From Nemertoderma westbladi (Eukaryota > Animalia > Xenacoelomorpha), in assembly GCA_032718475.1 (NCBI GenBank), contig JAUCBJ010001232.1:1-64000 (forward strand): a DNA stretch of 64,000 bases, read 5' to 3'. Position numbers and translations under genes: made by a program. Each line of letters begins with the position of its first letter. Position 1 is the first letter of the stretch. The notes beneath the pieces were generated by a model that saw nothing but the letters and a program-made list of their open reading frames with translations, had not been told where the DNA came from and ran no database searches. Positions 12,061-25,390 of this stretch are shown piece by piece.

Positions 12061-12557
12061 TACGTAAAAAAAATAGTTCAAAAAAGATAATTTTAGATAG
12101 AGGTCGTGTGCTTTCCTATAATTTTTAATTCATCCCGCCCTATTTTATTTAAACTTATATGCTTTTTGTTTTTTTGAGGTTTAATTTCAAAATTTTGAAC
12201 CATGGAGGAGTGCGCAATTCTGGTATGGGATTTACCCCTCTCTCTTACGGAGACCCCTGGGCCGTGGTTGGATGGGGGTAGTCAGTTGTATAATTTATAT
12301 TACTTTGATTATTAAATATCAATAACTGGAAATTTCTGTATAAAAAATGACTTTGTTGTAACAGCAGGCCTAATAAACCCAACGTCATTGGGTATTAAGG
12401 AATTACAGAAAATATCTTAATCGATGTTTAATGAATGTTTAATCGAATCTACTACTACTACCGGTATCTTATCAACACAAAATTACTTTATGTCGCATTC
12501 GAAACATTATTTAAGTTAATCAGGTAGGTAATTATCTAATTATATTATTTTTAAATG

Positions 12558-12642
12558 TTATTACCCATTTATACTCAATGAGTAAGGTATCTTCTCTATT
12601 ACCCATTTATACTCAATGAGTAAGGAAGGTATCTTCTCTATT
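12558..12642. repeat. Short tandem duplication (~38-42 bp, 2 copies)
   Basis: TATTACCCATTTATACTCAATGAGTAAGG(AAGG)TATCTTCTC occurs twice in tandem. Confidence 0.8.
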
Positions 12643-13057
12643 AACTCCTTTTTTCTCAAATATCTATTGATCTTATTTTTAAGCTCTTGCAGTATGTTAT
12701 CTACATTATGAATAGCACATAGTCGCAGGTGGATACTTTAGTAATGGGGTAATAAAGCATTCTAATGACGTCTGCAGGGTGTACTTTAGGTGGATAAACA
12801 TAAATCTTTAATCGTTAACATTGTGGACACTATGTCCAGTATAACCATCACTTCTTTCTACTTATAAGGAAGCCCACAAAGGTCAGGAAAAAACGAAAGA
12901 ACTTTATGAATGGTGGTGGTATGGAATGAGACATAATGGCAGTGCACAATATGGCACCCGTTGAATGTTACCTATGAGACAATATTTCATGTCACAAAAC
13001 GACATCTGTACATTATTAGCATTGTGCCATTGTGGAGCAATAGATGGTACGTTATTA

Positions 13058-14254
13058 TAGGAAGGGATCTAGGGGTCTTAACCTCGAATGATAAGTTTAT
13101 TTTACCGAAATTATTTGTACACTACCCGGTTAAAAAGTACGCATGTGATGGGATTAGTCCTACAATTGCGCCAATAAATGGGGAAGTTATTTTCGGTAAA
13201 ATAAACGTATCATTCGAGGTTAAAACCCTTACAAGCCCAAGGCCATTTCTACTCCTGAAATGCCCAGGGGGGTGGATTCCAACCCCCTACTGATCTCTGC
13301 TATTTGGCAATGGATTTTTAGGAAAGTTGGTGGATACCGACATATGCATATTACAAACTCAAAACCAAAAAAGGTCAAACCGTACACAAACATGTTCCAA
13401 AAATGGATCTGAAAAAATTCTTATATTTTATATTATTTAAAATATATTTTTTTGAAAATTTTTCGAAAAATGTACGTAATATTACATGCAAATACACTTT
13501 TGTATCCAATACAACCACGCTGATTCGAAATCCGCTGTCTATTTTTTCACTGCAATTCAAGTTTTTCCGCAATTGCGAAATCAATTTTTTCGCATTTTAC
13601 TACTTGCACTTTTCGTGCTATTGTGGTGCTTCTTAAAAATTCCAAATTTTGACATAAAATTATACACAATCTCGTTATAAATGGGTTCAGCGTGGGATAT
13701 AAGTTAACTGAAACAAATAATTTATTTGAAAATTATATATTTGAAAAGTTCTAGTAGGAGATCTTTTCATTTTCGAGCCATTTTGGGTAACTACAGCTTC
13801 TTTATAATTGTCATCAATGAAATCAGTACATACAAAAACTTCAGTGTTGGTGAGGATATTGGTGCTCTTGTGGTACTTTTCAAATTTCCAAATTTCAATA
13901 CGTAATTTTACCCATAATTGTTTTCAATGACTTCGGTGTACAAATTAACCGAATTTTGACGATTTATTTAACCATAGAGTGAAGTTACCCCAAAGAAACT
14001 GAAATGTGAAATTTAAGTGCTGAAAAGTGCTGACATAGGTGTCACAGCTTCCTTATATCTCGAAAACTACAGGTCTGTGAACTTCTAGTTTTTTTCATAA
14101 TAATCCCTGATAAATTTGAGGAATTTACATGGAATTTGGAGTTCCCTTGATCGATCATATCTATAGAATCTAAAAAAAAGAGGGTGGTGGCTTCCAACAC
14201 CCCCCCCCCCCCCCCCTTGGGATTTTCAGGGTTAAGACCCCTAGATCCCTTTCT
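13058..14254. mobile_element. Non-autonomous DNA transposon/MITE with nested inverted repeats
   Basis: GAAGGGATCTAGGGGTCTTAACC (~13061) is the reverse complement of GGTTAAGACCCCTAGATCCCTTTC (~14230). An inner pair, CCTGAAATGCCCAGGGGGG (~13254) / CCCCCTTGGGATTTTCAGGG-TTAA (~14212-14235), resembles piggyBac termini. Confidence 0.55.
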
Positions 14255-16179
14255 AAAATAAATGTATAATAACAAACACCTCGAAAAATACAGCTTGCCA
14301 ACACATTGTTACTGTTCACACTTGTCAATTGCGAGGCACATCTTGTAATATCTGTCTCCAGAATTGATTGTTTTTATCATATTTATTTTATACTATTTAT
14401 ATTTTAATTATTTTTACTCTTCAACGAATACCGAAATGAAACTGAAAGAAATTATTACAGTATTAGTACATTAGTCGCTGAAAAGGAAACACATTACGAC
14501 CAAGCGGTTCTTGAACCCGTTACCGATAAGCGATCTGGGACCAAGATGTGAAGTACAGTATACAAGTCTCTCTGCTCTAATTACACTTTGCAGTTTACCC
14601 TAATGTGAAGAATACCATATCAGATTCTCACTTGAATCCCATGTCATATATAGGCAGAATCTAACCAAAACAATAAACGAATTAGTATCAGTACAGGTCA
14701 TAAGAAATAGTTCTATAAAATAATTAATGAGGATAGATTTAAAATAAATACAAATTCTTCATATACATAATCCCAATATAATTTAGACCGAAAAGTGAAA
14801 ACCTGGTGCTTGTATTATTCACATGGGCAAAGATAACTAACTCCACACAAAAATAAATTACCAAACCTAAACGGTCTCGTAGTCGCCTTTAAAAAATCGA
14901 CTGTAAGAGAACCTTACTACGTACGAGATTGTCGTTATTTGGCGTTGAACCTTACATATGAAACTTCTAATATAATGTGATTAATTACTAAATAATAATA
15001 AAGAATATGCCTAATTTAACTATTAATATTCCATCATCGCATCGAAGTGCAAAAAATAAATCCGCAAATTTTTTTCAGATTGAGACACATTTTTTTTTAC
15101 TTAATTAAAATATCCACTAATCGACAAGAATGGAAACATAGACACAATGACGAACGTGCGGTGTTTGCCTATTATATCATTAATTGCAATAACAGAATAG
15201 CCAACTGTATATTATATCATATCATATTTATGTATAATCTATATCGCTATGTAAGATATGAACTAAACTTTCTCTCTACCCATTAAAATATTTTCAACTA
15301 CAAAATACTAATCATATGTCTCATTCAACATGTCAACAGAGAATGTCAAGAGGATTTTATGCGACTATTGATTCGACCAATAAATTGGTGTGGCCCGAAA
15401 TTTAATAGAGTGTGTTATATTTCCACAACAGCTCATAAAGTTAGTTTGAAGTTCCCCGCTATTTTCTGAGCGACGAGCCGTGGAAACACCTGCCGCCGAA
15501 ATTCGGAGAAAGTTTTTAATTGCTTTTAGCCTTGGGAAAATCTTGTTATATAATCAATATATATATATAGTTCGACCAACTGCTTGTTCGTATGGTTAAT
15601 TCTATGACCATTGCCTATAGATACACGTCACCACCAATTAATAACAAGAAGATAAATCTCAACAAAAAAAGCTAACTAAATCGTGGTATCATTATATTGA
15701 TAAAAATCGATTACTTATTTGTTTCTACATGTACAAAATAATAATTAAATAGTGCTGCTATTCAGGTTTGAGATCATAATAATATCGCAGCACCATATAT
15801 GGTTATTTTAATGATTGGTGCATTTTTCTTTATTCTACTACTAAAATACGGTTATTGTACTCATCAGCGATGTTTTTTTTTACCACTATGACTTATTTTA
15901 CTACAACGGTAATATACCAGATCTAATTAATGGGATATGAGCAACCAGTTTCTGGTATATTAATATGTACAATATATAATATTGTTAATTATGTATCGCC
16001 ATTTGACTATAAGAAAGAACTGTCTGTTTTTATTTCTGCTGTGCACTTTTTACTTCATAACAGATATCAATTTTATTTGAATGAATGAATGAATTATATT
16101 ATAATTATGAATTATATATAATTTTTCATCATGTGTGCGCGCTATTTGGGATGGTGCCGTCAGTAGCAGTGTAGTGTGG

Positions 16180-16400
16180 GGCGAGCCACGAAGTGAGTGA
16201 GCCTTAGCGTAGGGGTACCATTAATCAACCTGTCGTTCTGTCGTTCTGTCGCGTTTTTTTTCAGTATTTTATTTTAAACGTTAATAACTCGGCCAATCCT
16301 TGATGAAATCTATCCAAACTTGGTACACATGTTGTTTGGCAAAAGTTTGAAAATTTTCCAAGTAGAATTTGCGTGGGGTCTTCGTGCAGCATCAGTGTAA
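16180..16400 (+). mobile_element. Helentron-associated non-autonomous element (HINE/DINE-1-like)
   Basis: GCGAGCCACGAAGTG...CCTTAGC..GGGGTACCATTAA, then a CTGTCGTT microsatellite, then an ATAACTCGG...CCAAACTTGGTAC core. Related copies at ~35171 and ~54069. Confidence 0.55.
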
Positions 16401-16828
16401 CTGTTATTGCAGTTATAATAATTTTATTTATCCAAATTTAAAATGCGTTAAATTATTATTACTGTAGGATAAATCAGCTGGGTTTCACAAATTTTGCAAT
16501 ACATTGGGGTTGTCTGCATGTACCATGTGTACCGGTACTGTCAGGCTGTACTCAATCCCTGAATCGAGAATCCTGCAATCAGTCAATACTGCAATACTGG
16601 TCAGCCGGTACCATACACTGCAGACATGCCATATCATGTAATCTAATTAACCCCGGCAACCCTTGCAGTGATTAAAGTTTAGGCCTAATTAGCCCAGTAC
16701 CGGCACCGGTAATAATAATATAATAGTTTAGATAGTTACCGCTAATCATTCAGTCATTGCTGCATTGGCACGGTAACCGTATTGCTGTATTGCCGTTGTC
16801 AGTTGTAGTGCGCACCGTAGGTACCACC

Positions 16829-17718
16829 CATGGCCTACTACACACAGGCCATGACAAGGACTTTGCTGTGAAATTAGCGTAGGCTGACTGTGCTGATTAT
16901 CCAGTTATCAGATTATGGTACTGTGGTACAAGCTATATACTGTTAGGTATACTGCTGTATTGGGGTGGGGTTAGGAATAATCCATTTGTTTTAGCATTTA
17001 ATCCCCTTATTTATTATAAAACCATTGGAAACATTCGCAAATGCCGCTCCATTCTGCCATTACTGTCTGAAACGCTCCCGACAGTCCGATGTATCTGGAC
17101 CCGAGCAGCCGAGTTGCTTCAAGAGGTGATTAACGGGGGAATACTACGCAGTGCTACGGAATTGCTTGTTTGTCAGTATGATTCTATTTGGGTATTTACT
17201 ACACTCAGACACTGGGAATACGGCGGTCGGTCAGATCGTAATGCGGGCCACTGCCAAGTTCCTCACGCCTCACTCCAGTCACCCACCTTGGAGTGCGGTG
17301 GGAAGAGTCCCACTTACTGACTTACGTCGACGACTGGACGAATCGACGAGGATTGCGATCTGGGTTTAGCGGCGGCCCGGATCCTGGTATCGCCTGGGGG
17401 AAATGGTTGAACGTCGGGCATACTTGTATCGCACTGGATTACGTTCTCTGCGACGTGAAAGTGTGAAGCGAATTCGTTGTCGAATTGGGTCGAAAGCTGC
17501 GGGAATTCTACTGTTCTACGGGAGTAAACCGCAGTGGTCCGGTGACTACGGACGGATACTACTGGGATAAGCAGGTATTTCGATCGAGTTTCTCGTATTC
17601 TCGATGCTCGAGGCGGATAGAGAGTTGGTTGTGTTGGTCGGTGTTGTTCAATTCTATCAAACGTATTAAATAATTGGTAAAATAATAAAAACACATCAGA
17701 TGTGTGTAGTAGGCCATG
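16829..17718. mobile_element. Non-autonomous P-like (or hAT) DNA transposon with captured gene fragment
   Basis: Perfect 18-bp TIRs CATGGCCTACTACACACA (16829-16846) / TGTGTGTAGTAGGCCATG (17701-17718), flanked by an exact 8-bp TSD GTACCACC (16821-16828 and 17719-17726). Confidence 0.88.
17013..17640 (+). pseudogene. Aldehyde dehydrogenase class 3 (ALDH3-like) internal fragment, intronless, multiply frameshifted
   Basis: Across frames: IIKPLE, LLSETLP..YLDPS, VINGG..ATELL, GNTAVGQIVMRATAKFLTP, TLECGGKSP, IAWGKWLNVGHTCIALDYVLC, LREFY, SGDYGRI. These match ALDH3 motifs (KPSE, GSTAVGKIVM, LELGGKSP, AWGKF.N.GQTC.APDY). In-frame TGA near 17464. Confidence 0.85.
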
Positions 17719-18106
17719 GTACCACCCTACTACCGGTACCGGCTGACCGGTGGCAACTAGCACTTCAGCACTTGCACAGCAACAGCACTACCGGCGATAC
17801 ACAGGTTGGAATTTATGTAGAGTTTGCTCAACAGTACAGATATAAAATAGTTATCTAAATTATATATATTACTATTGACAAGTATTGAAATATATACCGT
17901 TATTCGTGTTATCAGTATTTGCAACATCTGACATTGAAGAGGTGAGAGAAGATGAATACCGGCACTCAACAAAACCAACGCTTATCACAGGTCGGTATGG
18001 TTACCTCGAAACCGGCGCGACTGTCCACTCGAATACAACTTCAAAACACAAACGCCAACAATAAACTGAAAGCGAATCGAACGTCTTCAGAAGAATCTGT
18101 CATTGG

Positions 18107-18290
18107 GATGAAGAAAAGGAAGCCGAAACCATGGGAATGGACCACAGCTAAGATTGAATGCTCCCATTGTCAGAGTTCCTGGACCGAAATTGAAACACCA
18201 ATTGCCGATGGGCTTGATCTCTCAAACCAAAACTTCCTCTGCGGGGTTTGCGCGGCAGTAAAGATTGAAAGTCTGGAAGCTGGCATCCCT
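18107..18290 (+). mobile_element. Possible LINE ORF1 fragment with PHD-like Cys pairs
   Basis: IECSHC...NFLCGVC followed by a short coiled-coil-like KIESLE, a layout seen in CR1/L2-type ORF1. The ORF then runs into AT-rich sequence. Confidence 0.35.
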
Positions 18291-19889
18291 AGGTATTATT
18301 ATTATAAAGAGCGTCAGCCTGCGTTTAATAAATATATTTTAATACAAAACAGGTCGAACGCAAAGAGGCTTATAATGAAGACGAGTACTGCATTGATTAT
18401 ATTCCTATAAACCACCTGGCTTTGCATATTGAACGTGCGTTTGGAAATAAGTTCGTGCTACCCTTCCGTGGGTGGTAGATGTCGCGGTTATGTATTGGTG
18501 GGTGGGGGGGGGGGGGGATGCAGATTAAAAGGGGTGAACACGTACTGTCCCCCTTTCTTTGATTAATTGGTGGTGTGGGTTAATCTCTCATAACCTGATT
18601 TTGTGATACAGTCGCACAATTTTAATTTGTATCTCATAACTGGGCCTCGTGCTGCGCGAAGGCCCCACGAACGTGTACCTGTAGTTAAGAGAGTACGAGC
18701 CATGCCAATATCGGCACACACCCCTACAAGATATTCGGAAGCAAGCAATGACAATTTGAATTTCGATATAGGTATTCTCATCATACAGATAGTCTTGATG
18801 TTTAATCTACATTAGTGGGAATTATTTTAATATCAGCTTGATTCTTGATTGCACACCACTGCAATGTTCTATGTTGACTTATTTCCAATTAAGTAACCAT
18901 TTAACAATACTGTTCAAGCCCTTTAGCCCTTAGCCCTTTACTTACAGTCTTTTGATGAATCCTCCCTGCATTTTGTTATCTGTTTTGTTTTAAACTTTGT
19001 TTTCTCCCATTTATATGATTTTAAAAAGATATATTTACAGTCATAAGCAACTGTTTGATAATGCGTATAAGGAAATGTAATTTTAAGTTGATTGTGAGTG
19101 AAATTAGACAGCCTGGTACCACAAGCCCTACTGATAATTTCGGGTTGGACTAATGGATTCAACGTTGTTTCTCAACATAATACTGTTATTGGAGCTCACA
19201 ATTGCATTAATTTAAAAAGCGAGCAAACAGTCTGTAAATTGTCAACATATTATCCTACATCTTCTCTTTCTTCTAACAATAAATTGCAAAATAACATAAG
19301 TTATCAAATACAATTAATAATTTTTTGCATCATATCTCCACTACCGACTTCCTAACGAATTACAAAATGCCAAATAAGTATTGCTTAAGAATCAATCAGG
19401 TGCACCCAGGTCCGCGATGGTACTGTCCGTTACAGTAGTGCAGAGAGGCCTGCATGTAAGTAATTTGTATGCAGCATGTGCATAAACAAGCACAGCGGAG
19501 GTTGCTGCTTGTACTCCGGTTGTTTCTTTGATTTGGCAATCAATTATACCGCTGATTAATTACCAATACCGATAGCCAAAGGGCGAGGCAACGACATTCA
19601 CAAAAAATAAATTACTACAAGTCATTATACAAGATAAAAACGAATTCGCAAGAAAACGCCCAAACACGCCCGTCTGTCTCTGCAGATCAGATGTATTAAG
19701 CAATACAAGTTGCTTGAGCGTATGGGTAAGCACGACCTGATTATCAACTCACCCAAGCGAATTGTATGTAATTTACCCACTTGAATAAAGATTCACTTAT
19801 TTATCATTATGGTTTGATAATTTTATTTCTTCCGTAGTTTTTTTGATATAGTGTCCCTGTACATATAACCGTACATTAATATCTACCGA

Positions 19890-22290
19890 GTCGACAAGGA
19901 TCGCGTCCCTCAGTGGCACACCAGGCTGGGGTGAAAAATGGGCTACTGGAACATTAAGACAGAGAAGAAAGAAGTACCAACCTGTTGAAATGTAAAAACG
20001 CACTAAAGATTACAACAATAATGAATGCATGCACACTGAAAGCTCATCGCAAACAGGGTGACATGGTCGCTCTGGCAATGGAATATAACATCGACATCAG
20101 CTGCATCCAAGAACATCGGATTTGTCATGAAGACACTGACATGAAGTACAATGACGTTGGAAATGATGGATGGACGTTAGTAACAAGCTCAGAAGTAAGA
20201 AATTCAGCCAATGCATCAATTGGTGGAGTAGGAATTCTGATAAGCCCATTTGCACTTCAGACCCTGAACAACATCGAATCTAAAATTCTAGGGTTATGAT
20301 CGCAACATTAATGGGAACCCCAAACAACAGTAATATGTTGCGGTCCAACCAATGCCTCTCTTTGAGCCCGAACAAGACTGAGTTTGAGAGCCAGTAAACC
20401 CAAGACAAGCAAGCGGTTCAACTATGACAACGAGAAACTCAGAACTGACAATGCAGTAAAGGATGCTTACACAATAGAAGTTCAAAACCGCATTGAAGTA
20501 CTTAAGTCAATGGATGAAGACCAGTCCACCGATTAAATATACCAGAATATAATAAAAGCCAAGAAGGAGTCAGCCAAGCAGCGTATTCTCCAGAAACCCA
20601 ATCAAAAACAGCATGTGCCATGGCAAGACTCAGGGGTTACTTGTAAGAGAGAAAATACAAAGTAAAAATCGAACAACATTAACAAGGTTGAAAAAGCTAA
20701 GGAAGATCTTAAATTGGCCTACAACATCAGTCATGAGAAGTACATACAGGATAATATTAAAGAAGGTAAAACTGCTCACATACAGCAACAATCAAGACTT
20801 ACCTGGCAAAGTGTAAATGAGGATTCTGGTCGGAAAAGTTGTGCTAAGGGGCGCGCGCCTCAAAGCCGACAGTCCTGAAGAACATGTTGGGAAGTAGAAA
20901 AATCACTTCAGCAACTTGCTTGGGCTGGGCAGCCACCAAACATCGTGGTCAGCCCTACAAGGAAAATATATGACAAGACACTACTTATAGAGACAGGGAA
21001 CTTCACACCCGCCGATCTCCAAAAAAAATTAAAAGCATGTCCAATCATAAAGCGAGTGGATTAGATGAAATCCCTGCAGAATTATTGAAATAGGATTGCT
21101 AAACAGACCATTATTGGATGTTTGCAACCGGATGCTGAAAGGGGAAAAGCCACCACCAATTTGGACTAAAGGTAAACTAAAGCCTGTTCCTAAGAAAGGA
21201 AACCTCAGTATACCAACCAATTATCATGGGATCTGTCTGCTTGTGGTAACTGCAAAAATGTACAACAAAATGATTCTATATAGAATTAGGCCTCACATAA
21301 AGAAACTACTGCGTAAGAGCCAAAACGGATTTCGACCAAATAGATCAACAATAGCTCAGATACTTGCACTACGGAGACTGATTGAAGGAATTAAGTCAAA
21401 GAATCTCCCCACAGCCCTGACTTTTGTGGACTTCAAGAAGGCATTCGATTCAATCCATAGAGATAAAATGTTGAAAATTCTGAGAGCTTATGGAATGCCA
21501 GAGGTAAGAGTGGCAGGCATTGGATTATTATATTGTGACACAGAAGCTCAAGTACTCTCACCAGATGGTGAAACTGAGTTCTTCTCAATCCTGGCTGGCG
21601 TACTGCAAGGTGACAAATTGGCACCATTACTATTTGTAATTATACTGGATTTTGCAATGAGGACGGCAACAAAGGGTGAAGATCTGGGATTCAAACTACT
21701 AGAACGCAGAAGTAGTAGATATCCGGCGACTACAGTCACAGACACCGACTTTCCGGATGACATCGCCCTGCTCTCTAACACCCTAGCAGATGCACTGCTT
21801 CTACTAAATAAAGTGGAGAGGGCTGCTAAGGAGGTTGGATTGCATATAAATGCTACCAAGACCGAATTCATGACCTTTAATGTTGATGGAAACTTGACAA
21901 CAATTAATAATAATAAACTAAGGAAAGTTCACGACTTCCAGTATCTTGGATCATGGATAGAGAGTAGCAAAAAGGACATAGAAGTTAGGAAAGCAAAGGC
22001 TTGGGTAGCTCTATCAAAAATGGATACCATCTGGAAATCAGATCTCCCCAGGCACCTGAAGACTAAGTTCTTTCGAGCCACAGTGGAAAGTGTATTTTTA
22101 TACGGGGGTGAGACCTGGACACTGACTAAATCACTTGAACAACGAATTGATGGTTGCTACACAAGACTACTAAGGGCAGCCCTAAACATCAGCTGGAGAC
22201 AACAGATGACAAATGCCAAGCTTTATGGTACAATACCACCTGTATCAACCACCCTCCGTGAAAGCAGATTAAGATTCAGTGGGCACTCGT
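19890..22290 (+). mobile_element. Degenerate near-full-length RTE-clade LINE (APE endonuclease and RT)
   Basis: APE: IDISCIQEHR, GGVGILIS (19985-20299). RT: KKGNLS.PTNYHGICLL, SQNGFRPNRST, FVDFKKAFDSIHR, GVLQGD.LAP, DFPDDIALL, FQYLGS, RLRFSGH (21096-22290). Stops and frameshifts lie between the domains. Confidence 0.92.
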
Positions 22291-23296
22291 TTTTTCTGTT
22301 TTTTTTCTGGTAACCAACACAAGTATAGTGTGGCCATGGCCGTAATCAGGAAGTCTGGAAAGATCTCATTTCCACTGCCCGAGCTCCCTCGTTCTAGTAG
22401 TTCGTCTCAATAAATTTAATGACGAATGACGCTATTATGAAAGCTAAGAATAAACCATTAGACAATTAGGTTTAAAACAAACTTATTTTAGAATTTCAAT
22501 TACCTTTGAATATTATGTTATGTATTAATTGAATATATTATATCCTTCTTAACTGTGTCTTTTGCAAGGGGGTGGGTGGGTGTATATAAAATTATTTCCT
22601 TGTGGTTCATTTTCTACCTAAACATCTGCCTTCCCAAGATTACCTGTTTAACAATCATTCATCGTGAATATAACTACTTTTCTCACTTAGAATCACGCTC
22701 ATCATAAAATTAGCCCATTATTACATTACAATTCCGTATGCTGCATATGCTGCGCATGCTGCAATGCTGCATTCCTTATTACGATCCTGTATAATGCAGT
22801 CTGGTGACTATTTTTTATTTTTATTTTTTCAATAAACCTATGAATAATCAAACAAACTGCAATCTCTGAATGTCTAAAATATTTCACAGGTATAATATGT
22901 ATTTCACAACAATCTCTGTTGACACCAATAACACAAGTATATAAAATTAGTACAGTATAATAAAAATAAATTAATAGTAAACGCCCAAGTTGCAAACGTT
23001 CAAGTGAGTTACTGCAAGTCAGTCCCGACCCCACCTTAGACCCCTCCTGTGTTGCTCCCCTCATTGCATTGATAAGCCCAATCCCGTTGCGTATTCAAAC
23101 CCCAACTCGCTTCCCCATTTGACCCGTGAACCCCGAATGCAATGCCCAGTGGCTCTGACTATTGCGAACATTATCGTAGCTCTCTCCCATCCCATAACAT
23201 CTCCATAACCCTTTCCCCACTTTCCTGCAAGTCATTGCCCAAAGTTTTTAATAAAGTGACTTGCTTCCCTTCCACATATACCATCGGCATAATAAA

Positions 23297-23900
23297 CTAC
23301 GGGAGTGAAGGTGGCTCTCTTCTCCTCACAAGCACGCTGGTACTTGAGGCATTTGGCAGCCTCTGATTCTGCACTGAAGATGTGTTATGTCCATGGTATG
23401 ACTGGGTGTCGAGGTTCATAACCTTGAAATCAAACAACGCCTCAGTCTGTGGCCGCCACACACCCCGTACTCTCAGATCAGCACGAAGACCTGGGTTACC
23501 ACTCCCTACATCTGCCTCGTGAATCACTGGAACTCTGGGAAAGCCAATGAAGCGAGCCCACCATGAGCATCCCATACCTCGTTATGGCGATGTATCACTA
23601 AACCACCAGTCTTGCAGTTTAGCGCTTGATCCACAGAGAATGGAGAGCTACAGCCATCACAATGAGCTGGGAGCGCCTCTAGTGGGAGAGCATAACTCAG
23701 AGCTATTTGGTCGTGGAACTCCTGAGCCGACAGGTTAAAGTGTTGTTGTTCGATGGTAAAAACTGTTAGCCATGCTGAGGTTTTGCTCTCAACCGCCCTC
23801 CTGACCGCTGCCAACTTATTTGGCTGCGATTCTTGAAAAGATGACATCAGCTGATCTTAAAGTTGTGCATCCTCTTGCTGCTATTCTGCTCTGCTGCTAT
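23297..23900 (-). mobile_element. CRE-like non-LTR retrotransposon 3' fragment (CCHC finger and restriction-like endonuclease), frameshifted
   Basis: SAWLT, CDGC..FSVDQALNCKTGGLVIHRHNEV, RADLRVRGVWRPQTEALFD. Same architecture as 58145-58805. Confidence 0.85.
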
Positions 23901-24424
23901 ATTTGCTCTGCTGCCCCCTTGTCCCGCTCATGGACTACAAGGATGGACTTCGAAGGTTCAGGGTAATATCCATTTCCAGGACCCCGGTTGATGAGATCAA
24001 CCAACCAGGAGCGCAGAGCAGCTAACCGAGCACCATTGCCCACATCATCAGCATACCAGTTCTGTCATATTCCGTTATAACGAATTAAAATAATTGAATT
24101 ATAATATCATAAGTATAATATTTAAATCTCAAATGAAATAAAGTAACTAAAATTTTTCACAAAGATTTCATAAATTAACTTTAGTCCTAATTGTAATTGC
24201 CACAGAGCGAATTAATTTCCCCATACACAATATCCCTATGATATAATGTTATACCCAATAACCACTGGATAAAGTACTTCAGTTGGTGTTCAGTATTAAT
24301 ATAAAGAGTTATTAGTTCGCATTGCGGATACCTGTGAAATGGGAATTCCCTCTAATAAACAATATTGTAGTTAATCTTAAAGATTGTTGATTGTATAAAC
24401 AATCATTACAAGTTCTGGGCTAAG

Positions 24425-24750
24425 TCGGGGCGGCGCAGTTGTCGAATCAGTGGAAGCACAGCGCAGGCGTATAAATTCATGGTGAGTGGGTCGCCTTGTG
24501 TGGTTCCCTCTCTGGACATCATCCCATCCACGCACTATATCAGCATCGCCTGGCCACAGCAGGAGTTAAATGGGAAGCAAGAGCAGGATGGCCACATTAT
24601 ACGGGAGTTCCACAGACTGGCAACCCTGTTCACTGAATTGGACTCATCATGAGCATCTACAAGGAGTACTCCCCAACCAGGTCCTGCATTTGTGTCAAAC
24701 AAACGACGAAATGCGTGGATTGACCCTTCAATTAAAAGGCACGATTTAAT
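24425..24750 (+). mobile_element. Possible SINE or LINE 5'UTR-like GC-richer island
   Basis: Non-coding island with SINE-core-like CACAGCAGGAGTTAAATGGG and GGCAACCCTG. No second copy in the window. Confidence 0.3.
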
Positions 24751-24980
24751 TAATTAATTCGCTAATGTTGCGTTATATATATATATGTTCCCCGAATACC
24801 AAACATGGTAAATTATTAGGTGCTAGTAATTTGGTTATTTTTTTCGCACAGTATTGCATAGCAATACTGACCGAAAAATTGAATGACGAATAGTCACAAG
24901 TTCAGTGTTGGCCAGTCTGGTGCTCCATTCGGAAGGGTGAGAAATCACAAGTCGGGACCAAGCCTTTAGCTTCTCAATGG

Positions 24981-25390
24981 GTGGATATGCCCACATGGGA
25001 TCATCGCAGTGTATACCCACGGGGTCTTGTGCCGATAGCTGTTGGAGCTGAATTAGAAGGTCCAGGTGGCAACCCAGACGCTCTATGCGAGCAGTGGCGC
25101 CGTGCTACCCATCTGAGAAACCAACGATACCGCCTTGCAGGAAGAGCAGTACGGCGCAAGTTGGTACATGCTCTAGCAGTGGAGACCCGTGCATTGGCTG
25201 AGGGTCGTCAGCCCTCGGAAAGATTGATCATTTGTGAAGTTCTGTTGCTTCAGGGAGGTCCTCACATACAGAGTGGACAAGACATCCGATTACTCTTGGA
25301 GCGACGCCTAGTACATTGGACTGCTGGAGAGGTAAAATGCCTGCTTGTAGATGCAGAACGTCTTGATGCCCAGTTTGGGCGCTTGGTGTG
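24981..25390 (+). mobile_element. N-terminal fragment of a CRE-like retrotransposon ORF
   Basis: RYRLAGRAVRRKLV...SERLII..VLLLQ...DIRLLLERRLVHW resembles the pre-RT region of CRE-like elements. Recognised from memory only. Confidence 0.5.
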
